This document shows positions 11,485 to 24,336 of a stretch of 38,226 bases of DNA, in pieces (the stretch's first letter is position 1; each line of letters begins with the position of its first letter). Under the pieces are notes generated by a model. That model was given only the letters and a program-made list of their open reading frames with translations. It was not told where the DNA came from and searched no databases. The DNA comes from Jimgerdemannia flammicorona (lineage: Eukaryota): NCBI GenBank assembly GCA_003990765.1, contig RBNJ01000165.1, positions 1-38,226 of the forward strand, written 5' to 3'. The position numbers and the translations under genes were made by a program.

Positions 11485-14400
11485 AGTGATTTTGTGGGGG
11501 TGGGGTCCTTTGGGGTATCCGTGAGAGGAAATCTGCATTGGCATTGGTTCTTCCAGAGCAATGTACAATGGTTACATCATAAGCTTGTAACTTCATTATC
11601 CATCTGGCATAGATTCCTTTGGGTTGTCCAGTTGTCAGTAGCCAGGTAAGAGCTGAGTGGTCCATTTGGATGGTAAAGTGTCTTTCAGCCAGGTAGTAGT
11701 GGAACTTTTCTATGGCCCAGATGACTGCGAGGCATTCCAACTTGTAGGATTTGTATTCTTTTTCAGCTCCTCGGGTTCTGCGGCTGAGGTATGCAATGAT
11801 ATACTCCACTTTATCTTTCTTTTGAGCTAGGACTGCTCCTAGTCCTTGTGCGCTTGCATCAGTCTGTAGGATGAATTCTTGAGTCCAGTCAGGTCTTCTG
11901 AGGATGGGTGCCTGGGTCAGTCTGACCTTGAGTTTGTCAAATGCTTTTTGTTGTCTGCCAGTCCACTGGAACTTGGTATCCTTCTTGTTAAGTTCATAGA
12001 TTGGTCCTGTAATATTAGAGAATCCTCTAATAAATCTGTGATAATAGGAGGTGAGTCCCATGAAGGCTTGGGCTTCCGTAACAGTGGTGGGTCTTGGGTA
12101 TGCTACCACTGCTTGTATCTTGAGGGGGTCTGTGTGTGTTCCATCTTGGTTGATGATATGGCCGAGATAGGAGATCTTGATTTCTGCGAACTTGCACTTC
12201 TTGGGTTTGATGTAAAGGCCATGTTGTCTTAGTCTCTCCATTATCTGCTGTATGTGCTGCAGATGTTCCTCAGGTGTCTTGCTATAGATGATTACATCAT
12301 CGACATAGACCATCATCCATCTTTCCATATTATAGCGGAAGATTTTGTTCATCATTTGCTGGAAGCTTGCTAGTGTATTGCACATTCCAAATGGCATTCA
12401 TAGGTAGATGTGGGTTCTGTCTGGAGTAATGAAAGCTGACTTTTCACTTGCCATGTTTGTAAGTCCGATTTGGTGGAATCCTGAGTATAAGTCCAATGTG
12501 CTGTAGTACTGTACTTCATCTCCTAGTGTTATGAGGATATCATTGATGAGGGGCAGTGGTTGGCGATCCTTCTTGGTAACCATGTTGAGCTTTCTGTAGT
12601 CAACACAGAGTCTTGAGGCGAATTCTCCAGGCTTGCTACCTTTTTTCGGAGCTAGTACAACAGGTGAGGACCAGGGGCTGCTTGCTTCTTTAATGATGCC
12701 GGCTTCTTCCATCTGCTTGATTTCTTCTCTGAGCCATTCTTGGTAGGCTGGTGGGACAGGTCTTGCCTTCTGATAAATTGGTTCAGTGTCTCCAGTATCT
12801 ACCTCATGATAGTAGTGTGGAGTCTTTCCCTTGATATCCTTGAAATCTGTGGCAAGGATATCCTCAAATTCATGGAGTATTTTCTTGAGTACTTTCTTGA
12901 GTGGAAATTCATTTCCAATGGTGTAGCTGTGCTTGCTCATGTTTTCCTCCTTCTTGTGCTCAAGTTCAGTGATCTTGATATTGGCAAATACTCCTCTTCC
13001 TGTGGATCCAAATCCTTTCTTTCCTCTTCTTGTTTCCTCCAGCTTCTTAACTTCTATGATCTTTGGTTGTAGGATCGGGAAGATCAACATTTGCACCAAT
13101 CGGTCCTTCTTCTTGACTGAAAATGGGATTGTAGGATTGTGATTCCTAGCGATGAGTAGAATTTCTCTGGTATAGTCTGAATCGATGACTCCTCCTTCAA
13201 TTGTAATATCACTTCTAGCCAGGCTGCTTCTTGTCTTGAGAATCCCAACATGATCCTTTGGGATGGTCATCTCCAATCCAGTTGCAAGTAGGGTGGTTGT
13301 CTGGGGTTCCAGTACAGTCTCTTCTACTGTAGCAATGTCCATTCTAGCTGCATTTTCTGACTTGTATTCAAGCAAGACTGCATCAGGGTGGATCTTTCGA
13401 ATCTTGACCTTGATTTCTTCTTCATCATCACTGTCCTCCAGGAGAGCTGGTGGTTCGTCATCTTCCTCCTTCTCTTCTTCTCTGATCTGTTTTTCGAGAG
13501 CTTTCTGCCTTCTTTCCTGGTGGATCTTCCTGATTCTGATGGTGCACTGGTAGCAATCATTGACGTGCTCCATGCAGTACATCCTGATTCCATGAGGACA
13601 GACTCCTTGTGGGGCATAGCCTTCTGCAATCTTCTTGTACCATTCTTCTTCACTCATCCATCCGACTTTCTTCTTCTTTGGAGTAGTCACCATATAAGCT
13701 TCCTCTTGCTTGCTCTCTTCTTCCTCCATGTTGGGCAGGACTCCTTTGTTGACATTGATGGGAATTTGTATCTTCTGTCTCCAGTAGGTGATCTGCATCT
13801 TCTGGGCATTGAGATCAATTACTGCCTTGGCTTTGTGAAGTCATTGATTGCCAATGAGGATGTCATAGTTGGTGGCATTGGTTATGATTACATCTACTGG
13901 GATGGTTGCTCCTCCAATCTTGATGGGAACATCTCAGATCTTTCCCAGAGGTGTGGCTCTTGTACCATCAGCTGTGATAAACACTAGCTTAGTTGCTTCT
14001 TCTACATTCCAACCTAAGTGGTCTGCTGCCTTCTTGCTGAGGAGATATCCTCCTGCTCTCATATCAATGATGGCTTCAAAGATTCTATCTTCGATTTGGC
14101 ATATTGCATAAGCAGAGGTTTTGCGATTGTCCTCACTTTCTTCTCCTGAGTCCTCTTGAGCATTATTGGCCTCGGTTATCTTCCATCCTTGTTTCTTAGT
14201 TGTTTCTGCAAGTCCAAACCCCATTTGCTGTCTGAATGTTGGGATTTCTGCAAGCTGACCAAAGGTTGCATTGACTTTTTGTTGGCTGAGGTCCTTGAAG
14301 ATATCATACTTAAAGGTCTTGGTCTTGCAGAGCTTCTTTTCTTTTTCTCCTTCACTGGCTGGAGTGGTTCCTCAGATGATATCTTGAACTGCTTGCTCCA

Positions 14401-15469
14401 GCTCTGTATCTTGGTCCATCTCTTTGGCTTGGCTTTCTGTAGCAGTTTTCATCTGCTTTTCCACTGGGTTCTTCTTGGGTCTTCCTAGTGGTCTCTTGTA
14501 GGGCTCTTTGCGAGCATCCTTCTTGGTGATCTGAGCAGGATAGGTCTCTCATTCTTCTTCATCAGAATCTCCAATCTCCTCAAAGGTAATTGTATTGGCC
14601 TGCTCCTTGTTTCATGTGGCATTGCTTGGTTGAGCCTTGCGCTTGGTTTCGCTCATGCATTCATAGGAGTAGTGGCCTTCTTCTCCACAAGTATAGCAGG
14701 TATCTTTCTTCTTGTCTGAGGTAGTGGCGAACTTCTGAACAGGGCGGCAGTCTCTTCCTTGAATTTCCTTTACCACATCTCCCAGGTGGGCAGTCATTTC
14801 AGCAAACCTTTTGGCGAGTTCCTCTATAGGGTCACTGTTCTTCTGCTGCTCTGTAGCTTTTGGCTGAGGTGTGTTTCAATTGATCATTGTGGTAGGGATC
14901 ACACTGGTTGCCTTCGGTGCCTTGATTCTGACTCCTGTGATCCTTTCCATTGTATAGTCTTGTGGATGTCTGGCTATCCAGTATCGCTGAGCATAGGTGA
15001 CCTTCTGTGGCAGATCCAGAATCACTGGTGATGAGCGGATGGCCATGGCTATTTCTGGGTAGACTCCTTTTATGAAGGTTGCTTCGGCTACTTGATCCCG
15101 GATGGCAGCAGCATAATCTGCAAGGATTATCTGATATTAAATTCTGGTATAGAATGTGTTTGGATGCTCACTCATTCCTTGGCATATTGTATTGAGCTGA
15201 TCCTTCAGGGCTTGCTTGATCTCATCTGTATAATATGTATTTCGGAGCCAGGTCTTCTGTGCTGTCAGTACAGCATTGGCATTATTTCCTGCATGGGTTG
15301 CGACTGTAAATGCTGCTCTGGCAGGGCCTTGTAGGCTGAAGGGCATGAGGGCTACTTGCTGTGCTGCTGTCAGGGTCCTTACAGTGGCATACTGCTCGAA
15401 ATCATCAATGAAGGTGATGATTGATTCATCTGAGGTATATCCATGGATTACTGGTGGTCTCATATCTAT
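11477..15469 (-). pseudogene. D1 ORF1 polyprotein gag-PR-dUTPase-RT-RNase H
   Basis: One frame throughout: CCHC knuckle CYTCGEEGHYSYEC, protease AIIDMRA (D2 retains DTG), dUTPase ~13414-12998 (TRSSLA, GVIDSDY, RGKKGFGSTG), RT YVDD, RH LQTDAS..NADFLSR; stop 11479-11477. Confidence 0.92.
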
Positions 15470-15562
15470 CTTGTCTGGATATTGGGACTTGGTTTGTATG
15501 GTTGTTCGGGTGGTGGTGGTTGTTCGTTGTTCAGCTTGAAAGTGAGGGATTCATCTTGAATC

Positions 15563-15580
15563 ACCAGCCAATAGGCACCA
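15563..15580 (-). promoter_or_regulatory. Putative primer binding site of D1
   Basis: TGGTGCCTATTGGCTGGT 3 nt after the LTR end; matches D3 site; cognate tRNA not identified. Confidence 0.7.
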
Positions 15581-15583
15581 AGT

Positions 15584-16070
15584 TATAACGTAGCAGATGC
15601 TTACTCTTGAAAGTATGTTGGATTTCTGTATCTTGAAAACTTGACTATTCTGACTCTTGCTGAGTCTCTTGAAGTTACAGGGGAGGGTGGGTGAGTTTGA
15701 AGTGTATCTGCCCACAGGCTTACTAGTTCCTTTGCTATCTCTTTGCTTTGAACTATTTCGATCTGAGATTTATTCACTCAAAGATACTGGGTTATTTATA
15801 CAAGTTTTGCTAGCTATGAGATGGTTACTGGGTTATATGGCTAAGTTATGAGTCATTTAACACTTTGCGAAATGTTTCAGCAGTTATGAAATGCTATACT
15901 ATATCAGGAAGCTCGATCTTGCACTTTGCGAAATATTTAGCAAGTTGCGAAATATTTAGCAAGTTGCGAAATTGAGGACTATTAACTATGTGGCTATACT
16001 ACTTTGGGACTGGGTGTGATCAAGTGTCGATTCCCTATTTCCTTCTTCCAAATCTGGTTATACCGTCACA
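15584..16070 (-). repeat. D1 5' LTR (487 bp, U3 type alpha)
   Basis: TGTGACG...CGTTATA termini; aligns along its length with 31254-31720; 19-bp tandem unit TTGCGAAATATTTAGCAAG at ~15926-15971. Confidence 0.9.
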
Positions 16071-16130
16071 GTATGCAGATTGCATATTATAGGAGAAACT
16101 TTTTTAAATATATATTTTATTTATAAATAT

Positions 16131-16617
16131 TATAATGGTTGATCCAAATTAGTAATATAAATCAGGAGAATAGACATTTGATTGCAGTACCTGAATCCAA
16201 TTCTCAAATATAGTATATTCTTATAAAAAGCAGTTATATTTAATATATGGAAACTTTAACAGATGTTAAAGTATTTACAGATATTAAAGTATTCACAGAT
16301 ATTAAAGTATTTACAGATATTAAAATATTCAAAGATATTAAAGTATTCACAGATATTAAAGAATGACTCATTGAAAATATAGTCATAACTTAGCTACCTT
16401 ATAGCCAGCAAACTTGTATAAATATCCTCAGTATCTAGAGTAAATAAACCTCAGATTGAAATAGTTCAAAGCAAAGAAAAAGTAAGAGAATTAGTAAGTC
16501 TGTAGGTAGATATACTTCAAACTCACTCACTTCTGCATCCTGAAGACTCTGTAGAGTCAAGTTTTCAAGATACAGAAATCTGACATACTTATATAGTTAT
16601 GTATCTACTACATTATA
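16131..16617 (+). repeat. D2 5' LTR (487 bp, U3 type beta)
   Basis: TATAATGG...CATTATA, the mutated form of TGTGACGG...CGTTACA; U3 resembles 37493-37740; followed by decayed PBS TAGTATCTATTGG. Confidence 0.82.
16259..16361 (+). repeat. 18-bp tandem repeat (~5.7 copies) in D2 U3
   Basis: Unit ACAGATATTAAAGTATTY starting at 16259, 16277, 16295, 16313, 16331, 16349. Confidence 0.9.
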
Positions 16618-18674
16618 ACTTAGTATCTATTGGCTTGTAATTTAAGATGAATCTCTCACTTTTAAGCTGAATAATAAACAATTACTACCATCTGAACAAC
16701 TATACAAATCAAACCAAGACATCTAGACAAGATAGATATAAGACTACTAGTATTCTATAATTATACTTCAGATGAATCAATCATCATCTTTATTGATGAT
16801 TTTGAGCAATATGCTACTATAAGGACTCTGACAGTAAGACAGCAAGTAGCCCTCATATCTTTCAGTCTCTGAGGATCAGCAAGTGTAGTATTTATAGCTA
16901 TAACCTATATGGGAAATAATGATGATGTCATGCTAGTAATACAGAAGATCTGGCTCTAAACCACCTATTAATAGATGATATCAAACAAGCTCTAAAGGAT
17001 TAGCTCAATACAATATGCCAAGAAATGAGTAAGAATCTATACATATTCTATATCAGAATCTGATATTAGATAATCCTTGCTGATTATACTAATGCTATCT
17101 AAGATCAAGTAGCTGAAGCAACCTTTATAAAAGGAGTTCACCTAGAGATAGCTATAGCTATCTGTTCATTATAAGTAGTTCTGGACCTACTACAAAAGGT
17201 CACCTATGTCTAGTGATACTAGATAGCTAGATATCTATAAGACTATATAATAGAGAGAGTCACTGAAGTTATAATTGAAGTACCTAAGGCAATCAGCATA
17301 ATCTCCACCATAGTGATTAATCAAAATACACCTCAGCTAAGAGCTAGAGAGCAATAGAGAAACAGTAACTCTATAGAGGAATTTCCTAAGAAGTTTGCCA
17401 AAATAACTGCTCATTTTGAAGATATGATAAAGGAAATTAGAGGAAGAGACTGCCACCTAGTTCAGAAGTTTGCCACTATCTTAGACAAGAAGAGAAATAT
17501 CTACTATATATGTAGAGAAGAAGGCTGCTACTTTTATAAATATATAAGCAAAACTAAGGATAAGGCTCAGCCAAGCAATGCTACTTGAAATAAGGAACAG
17601 GTCAACACCATCACCTTCAAGGAGATTGGAGAAGCCGATAAAGAAGAATGGAAAGCCTACTATACTAAGACTGTTAGGAAGAATGTCTATAAGTAATTTT
17701 ACAAAAGACCACCAGAGAGACTCAAGAAAAACCCTGTGGAAAAACAAATAGAGACTGCTATAGAAAGCCAAGTTAAAGAAATAAATCAAGATATGGAACT
17801 GAAATAGGCTGTTTAAGATATCATTTGAGGACCTACTCTAGTCAGTAAAGGAGAAAAGGAGAAAAAGCCTTGCAAATTTAAGACCTTTAAGTATGATATC
17901 TTCAAAGATCTCAGCCAATAAAAGGTCAATACAACTTTTGGCCAGCTGGTAGAAATCTCTATATTTAGATAGCAAATGAGATATGGACTTGCTAAGACAA
18001 CTAAGGAATGAGGTTGAAAGATAACTGAGACCAATAATGTTCAAGAAGACTCTGGAGAAGAAAGTGAATTCAATCACAAGACCTCTGCCTATATAACCTA
18101 TCAGATTGAAGATAGAATCTTTGAAGCCATTATTGATACTGGGGCAGAAGAATGTCTTCTCAATAAGAAAGCAGCAGACTGTCTAGATTGAGAGGTTGAA
18201 GAAGTAACTAAGTTGATATTCATCACAGCAGATAGTATAAGAGCTAAATCTCTAGAAAAGATCTGGGATATTTCCATCAAGTTTAGAAGAGCAACCATCC
18301 CAAGAGATGTGATCATAACTAATACTACCAACTATAATATCCTCATTGGCAACTAGTGGCTTCATAAAGCCAGGACAATAATTGACCTAAAAGCCCAAAA
18401 GATACAGATCATTTACTGAGATCAGAAGATGTAAATTCTCATTAATATCAACAAAGAAGTACTATCTGAGATAGAGGAGAAAGAAAGCAAGTAAGAAGAA
18501 GTCTATATAATGACTACTCAGAAAAATTAAAGAGAACTGGTGTAAGAAGATTGCAGAAGAATATACACTACAAGAAGTCTGTCTCTATAGAATTAAGATA
18601 TACTGTATAGAGTATATTAATGATTGCTACCAGTGTATCAGCAGTATCAAGAAGATCTATATAAAAAAAGACAG

Positions 18675-19890
18675 TTGTCAGTAACTCCCTCTGCCTCCTA
18701 CAACCTTGGGACCTCTCCCACAGCCCCTTGTCAATATAAACATATCTCTCATCAACAAACTCTAAGTGTGTTAACTCCACATATACCTTTTAAGCCTTTG
18801 CCCTACACTCCACCACATCACTCAACTCCTCCAGTGCCTCCAACAGGTCCTCTTCCTCCTTCTCACTTCTCTTTACCCTAGTCACCTTACATACAAAGAC
18901 TCTCCACATTATTACCAGAGACCAATCACATGCCTTGTCAGTAGCCTCTCTCTCTGCCAGTCAAATCCAGACATCAACATTCCCTGTCCAGAAGGTTATT
19001 CCTTTTCAGACCCTAAACCCTATATCAACTAACTCAGCCATGACCTCCTCAACTCTCCTCCTCATCTCCACAGTAGTTACCATAAGCACTTTCTTCACCA
19101 GGAGCTACACCACTCTGAGATTCCATCTCAAGTACTACTATTAGGATACACACCTCTTCAACTATCAACCCAGCCTTCAGCACCTCCTCTAGCAGCCCTG
19201 CCCCTCAAAGTCCACCTCTACTTCTTCTAGGTTATTCAGGAACTTAACAGATGCTGCACCTTCCACCTACTTCACAATCAGCCCCAGGACTATTTTTGCC
19301 ATCACTACTAAGCCCCTGAAGCACAGAGTGACTGTGAATTCTGAGATTGACTTCTTGAGTAATAGTGCCACCACTAGTTCCATTACACTATTAGCCAGAT
19401 CACTAGGCCTCATGCTTTTCCCACTACTTAGTCCACCCATCTAGATTTTTTTCCTGATTACCTATCATGCTCTCATCAGCAGTCACTTCCTCAGCTGATA
19501 CACCACCAGTCCCACTACTCTGGCCCCCCAGAAGGACACTCTCTTGAGGCTGTTACTTTGCAGGCTTTGGTATCTCCTTGCTTCTTTTCAGCCAACTCTC
19601 TAGTCCAGCTTCTTGCTGACCTCCCTTCATCTTATCTACAAAGCTTGCTCTCTCAGTCTCTTGCCAGCCAGCACTACCTCCTCCCCTACTATGTCCACCT
19701 GTCAGCAGGCCCCTCATGCTTCCCCCCAAGCTGGGGCCTCTTCTTACATACTGCCAGTTGAATGCTGCCCAGTATATACCTCAGAATACTCATCAGTCAC
19801 TGTAATACTAGTAGTTTTTCTCCAAGAACTATATTGTAAGTATTGCCAAAAGGTTGTATAACCTGAATATTATCAGAGAAAGTATCCTGG
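18675..19890 (-). mobile_element. L1/Tx1-like LINE copy C: 5' UTR and first part of ORF1 only, degenerate
   Basis: Nucleotide similarity to LINE-A ~1010-2260 (e.g. gtgactgtgaattctgagattgacttcttgagtaat); YVYIDKGLWERSQGCRRQRELLT matches A/B ORF1; boundaries approximate. Confidence 0.85.
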
Positions 19891-22800
19891 TTATTGGATA
19901 TTATCATCTATAGTAAGACACTAGAAGAATATCTGCTGTATATCTAGCAGATAATAGAGAAGCTAAGGAAGTATGATCTTTATATTAAGCCTAAGAAGTA
20001 TAAGTTTACAGAAATCAAAATATCCTATCTTGATGATATCATCAACTAAGATGAAACACACACACAGACCCCCTCAAGATTCAAGCAGTAGCAGTATACC
20101 CAAGGCCCACCACTATCATGAAAGCCCAAGCCTTTATAGAACTTGCCTCATACTACTGCAGATTTATCAAAGAATTCTTTAACATTATAGACTCAATCTA
20201 CAAACTCAATAAAAAGGATGTCAAGTTTCAATAGATTAGCAGGTAATAAAAAGTATTTGATGAACTCAAGATCAGACTAATCAAAGCACCCATCCTCAGA
20301 AGACCAAATTGAACTCAGGAATTTATCCTGTAGACAGATATAAGTATGTAAGAACTAGGAGCAGTTCTGGTCTAAAAGAAAGACAATGTAGAATATGTCA
20401 TTATATATCTCAGCTGAGGAACTTAAGAAGCTGAAAAGGAGTATAAATTCTATAAGTTGGAATATCTTACAGTTATCTAGGCTATAGAGAAGTTCTACTA
20501 CTATCTTATCAGAAGATACTTTACTATCCAAACAGACCACTCAGCTCTTACTTAGCTACTAACTATAGGATAATCTAAAGAAATCTATGTCAGGTGGATT
20601 ATAAAGTTGTAAGCTTATAATGTAACCATTATACACTATCTCAGAAGAACTAATACCAATACTGATACCCTCTTATAGATAGTCCAAAGAACCCCCAACC
20701 AGTAAATCAACTATGAATAAAGAACTCTACTATAGAATTATTATCTATCTGAGATAGCAAAAGATGCCCCAACATCTGAAAAATAGACAAAAATAATTAT
20801 TAATAGAATATAGAAACAATTCAAAACTGATGAAGAAACATTACAAAAAAGAAAGCTACTAGTTATATCTAAATATAAGAAGGAGCAAGTAATGAAATCA
20901 GTATATGAACTTGACTATCTAGGAGGAACAAATATATATGATAAAGCAAGAAGAATAATGTAGTGGCCAGGAATAGAGAAAGATATCAGACAATTTGTCA
21001 AGACTTATAACAAATGCCAGAAATAGAAATAAGATGAATAAGATCAAAGCCCAGAATCAGTACATATAGAACTAGTACTCTTTGCATGTATTACAATGGA
21101 CATGATTTACTCTCTACTCTTGACTTTTGACTAGTATCTGATATATCATTGTCATTATAGATCTTTTTACAAAATAAATAGAGGCAGGACCCCTCAAAGA
21201 AGCTAATATACAGTCAATTGCTAATTTCTTCTACAAAGAAATCATCTGCCAATTCAAGACCCCATTGCAAGTAACTACAGACAGAGAAACAGAATTCATG
21301 AATCAGTTCTTTGAGGTTCTCTACAGGAAGTATAAGATCCAGTATATTTGGACTACAGTCTATCACCCTCAGGAAAATGGACAAGCAGAAAGGACCAACA
21401 AGACTCTCAAGAATATCATCATCAAGATCTGCAATAATTATGAAAACTGAGAGCACTATCTGCTAATAGCATTATCTGCTCTCTGAGATATCCAATCACA
21501 AAGCACCCATTTCACTCCTTGAGAGATGTTTTTTGGAGAAGAAAGTTCTCAAGGAACCTTATCATCTAATAGAGATACTATATGGAAACATATAGACACA
21601 GAGATATAGAGACTATACCAAATCAGAAAGAAGGCCAAGGATTACATAACCAAGGTATAGGCACTATAACAGAACAATATAGAAAAGATTCACAAGCCAT
21701 TGTTGGCAAGGGTGTTGAGCACTGGGCACGGGAAGCAGCTATCACTGGGCCAAAGGGAAATGGGCAGCAGTGGTAGCGAAGACTATTACTTTGATTTTTT
21801 TTTTTTTTTTGTCTGAATATCTTTGATGATATTCTATCTCCATATTTTTCGAGGTAATTGTGACGCAGTCGGAATTTATATTAATACAGCGTCTTGTCCA
21901 GATAAATACTAATCCAGTCATGCACACTACAAAAACGAGTGCTTGTGCCTGTGCTTGTCGAAGGGCACAATAGACATGTGTAATTACCGCTGGGAGGGGA
22001 CCACAGATGGTTCTACTGCGGAAAGGCGAGCAAATAATTTTGAGAGATGCGATAGATTTTTACCTGGTTGCGACTTGGTTTTTCGGAGACTTGGTCGTTT
22101 TGTAACCTTGCTGATTGCAGTCATGATTTTTGATGGTATCATCGGAACTTTGTCAACGGCTTCGGAATTGTAAAGTAGTTCACAAAATTTTGTTGTCAGT
22201 ACACGCAATTAAAGACTAAATTACAAATAAGGCTGTGCTCGTTTATAGTGATTTATATTAACTGCAAGAAACGATTTGCACTTCTATGCCGCATCACGTG
22301 CGAAATGGTATCATGTGCCGTGCGAGTTGATTAAAAAATCCCTTTTCCACTTCACACAGCTATCTCATTTCTTTACAATGACCCAACTTACACCGCCATC
22401 TGCATTCTCATATTGCCCTACGACACCGTACAGGACATCGTGATCACTGGAAAAATCCAAAACTGGCTATCATTTACAGGAGTTAAATTCTGCTAGTGTA
22501 TATGGCGGACTGGTCGAGTAAAACAGTGCTGTTGTCCACGAATGGAAGGTCGCAAAACTGGTGAGAAGAACTATTGAACATAAAATTTGAAAACTTTTCA
22601 AGCTCTCTAAATATGTTATCGATGGCATTTCTCATCAAATTCCCAGACGATGTAGTGACCAGTATTAGCTCCAGTCATCTCATCCATATTTGCAATTCTG
22701 TAGTTATTCGGTGTCGGAATTTCTGAGCGCCGCACAAAAACAATAGGGCCACGTTAGCGCGTTGATTGAGAATGACAAGAATCGGGGATTAGTGTTATTG

Positions 22801-24336
22801 TCAAACTTAAAGAACAAGAGATGCAACATTATTGGGAGCATAATAACGGACACGCAGAGGTAGGAGGAAATTGACACGGAGTTTGAACAGCTCCTGGAAT
22901 CTTTTCAAGTTGCGTTGGGCATCAGCGAGGAAAAAGAGGGACCCGGACCTTGCTAAGCATCCCTTACATGTCGAGACCAGATCGCTGATACTACGGCAGA
23001 GGTCGAGCAGCAAAACTTCCACATCGACGGACTTCTGTGAAATCCGGAAGCTATCCTCGCCCATGTGCAGGTTGCTCGTGCCAAATCTGCCCCAAAACCA
23101 TGCGGAATGACGAGATGATTCATCAGTGCGAAGAAGAGCGCGAACACGTCTGGGCAAGCTAGGAAATATATCGAACACAAGTTGAACGGTGCAAATTTTA
23201 GAGGCTCAAAGGGCAGAAAAATCCGGGTGCAATAAGGAAGAATGAGGGATTGCACGGTGTGCGTAGCTCAAAAGATGAGGACTAGATTTCAGGAGGTGGG
23301 GTGGATTTGGAGCCAGTCGAGTTAGTTAGGCGAAGGAGTGCGATATATATGGAAGATATGAGAAATCGCTAGCGATTTAGCGAATTGCACAAGATGATAC
23401 TATGTAATAGACAGGCCGATGATGAAATCACTGGCATATTTCAAACAGTTTGACTCTGGTACAAGCAGCTAGGGATACGGCTGAAGTTATACATTGTACT
23501 GCGCTTGGCGGAGCTCCTAAAGTCGTCAAGGAGAATATGGTTCGAGGTTCATGCTCCATTGGTAAAAGGGTCTGCTTCCGGCATTCAACCTGCGGGTGAC
23601 ATGTGGGCTTGTAGCCTCCATTTTTTTATTTTATTTTTAAAAAATATCTCTGTTGTTTCGCGTCTCTATCAAACATTTTAATCATTTTTCAGCCTCTACA
23701 AAATAAAAACAAACCCTTATTAAACAGATCTGCGATGCATATCAATCCTTGCTCTTTTATATTCATTTTATGACGGTGAAATCAGAACATCACAGTAGCC
23801 GGCATCCAGCTGCCGCACGCTTAGGCAAGAGGGATCATGGGCATTATAACAAAAAAGATCGGAGAACCTTGGTGAGAAGAAACTTTTCCAACTGGATAAC
23901 TGCGAAATTGTCGTTGAAAACGTCGGGCAAGGAGGCAGCCATTGATGACTTTTCGGGAGGAGCAGTAAGTGAAGCCATATTCGGAACTACCGGCAAGGAA
24001 CTAACAGGGGACGGGTCGATAGGATTTGTGTGGGAGATCATTGAACACTCGGAGACAGATTGCTCATCCCAACCAATTATTTCTAAGGTGGCTAGCCCGG
24101 CCGAGAGGAGATAAGAGGTTCAACTGCCTTTCCCAGTGTTGTTGTCAGGCGCTTTTTGTGATATGGTTACAATGCAGACGAAACCGTCTTGATACCGGCT
24201 CATTCGAAAGTGTTGAATTTCATATTTGTGTGGATTACATTACATTATTACACCCTTTATGATAATTTAAAGGAAAAGCATAGTTCGGTCTTTTAATCTT
24301 GGGGATGCACAGTTATCTCGCTAAATATAAAACCTT

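Larger units (their letters stand above)
10279..16070 (-). mobile_element. Ty3/gypsy family D copy 1 (5' LTR, PBS, gag-pol, integrase; 3' part missing at the LINE-B junction)
   Basis: Collinear with D3; domain order PR-dUTPase-RT-RH-IN. Confidence 0.95.
16131..21702 (+). mobile_element. Ty3/gypsy family D copy 2, heavily C>T/G>A mutated, interrupted by LINE-C, 3'-truncated within integrase
   Basis: Collinear with D1/D3 from LTR through gag and PR to ~18674, then from RT (~19900) through RH and IN to ~21702. Confidence 0.9.

Noticed and set aside
16259..16361. Possible CRISPR array
   Set aside because: Units are contiguous with no unique spacers, lie inside an LTR, and the DNA is eukaryotic with no cas genes
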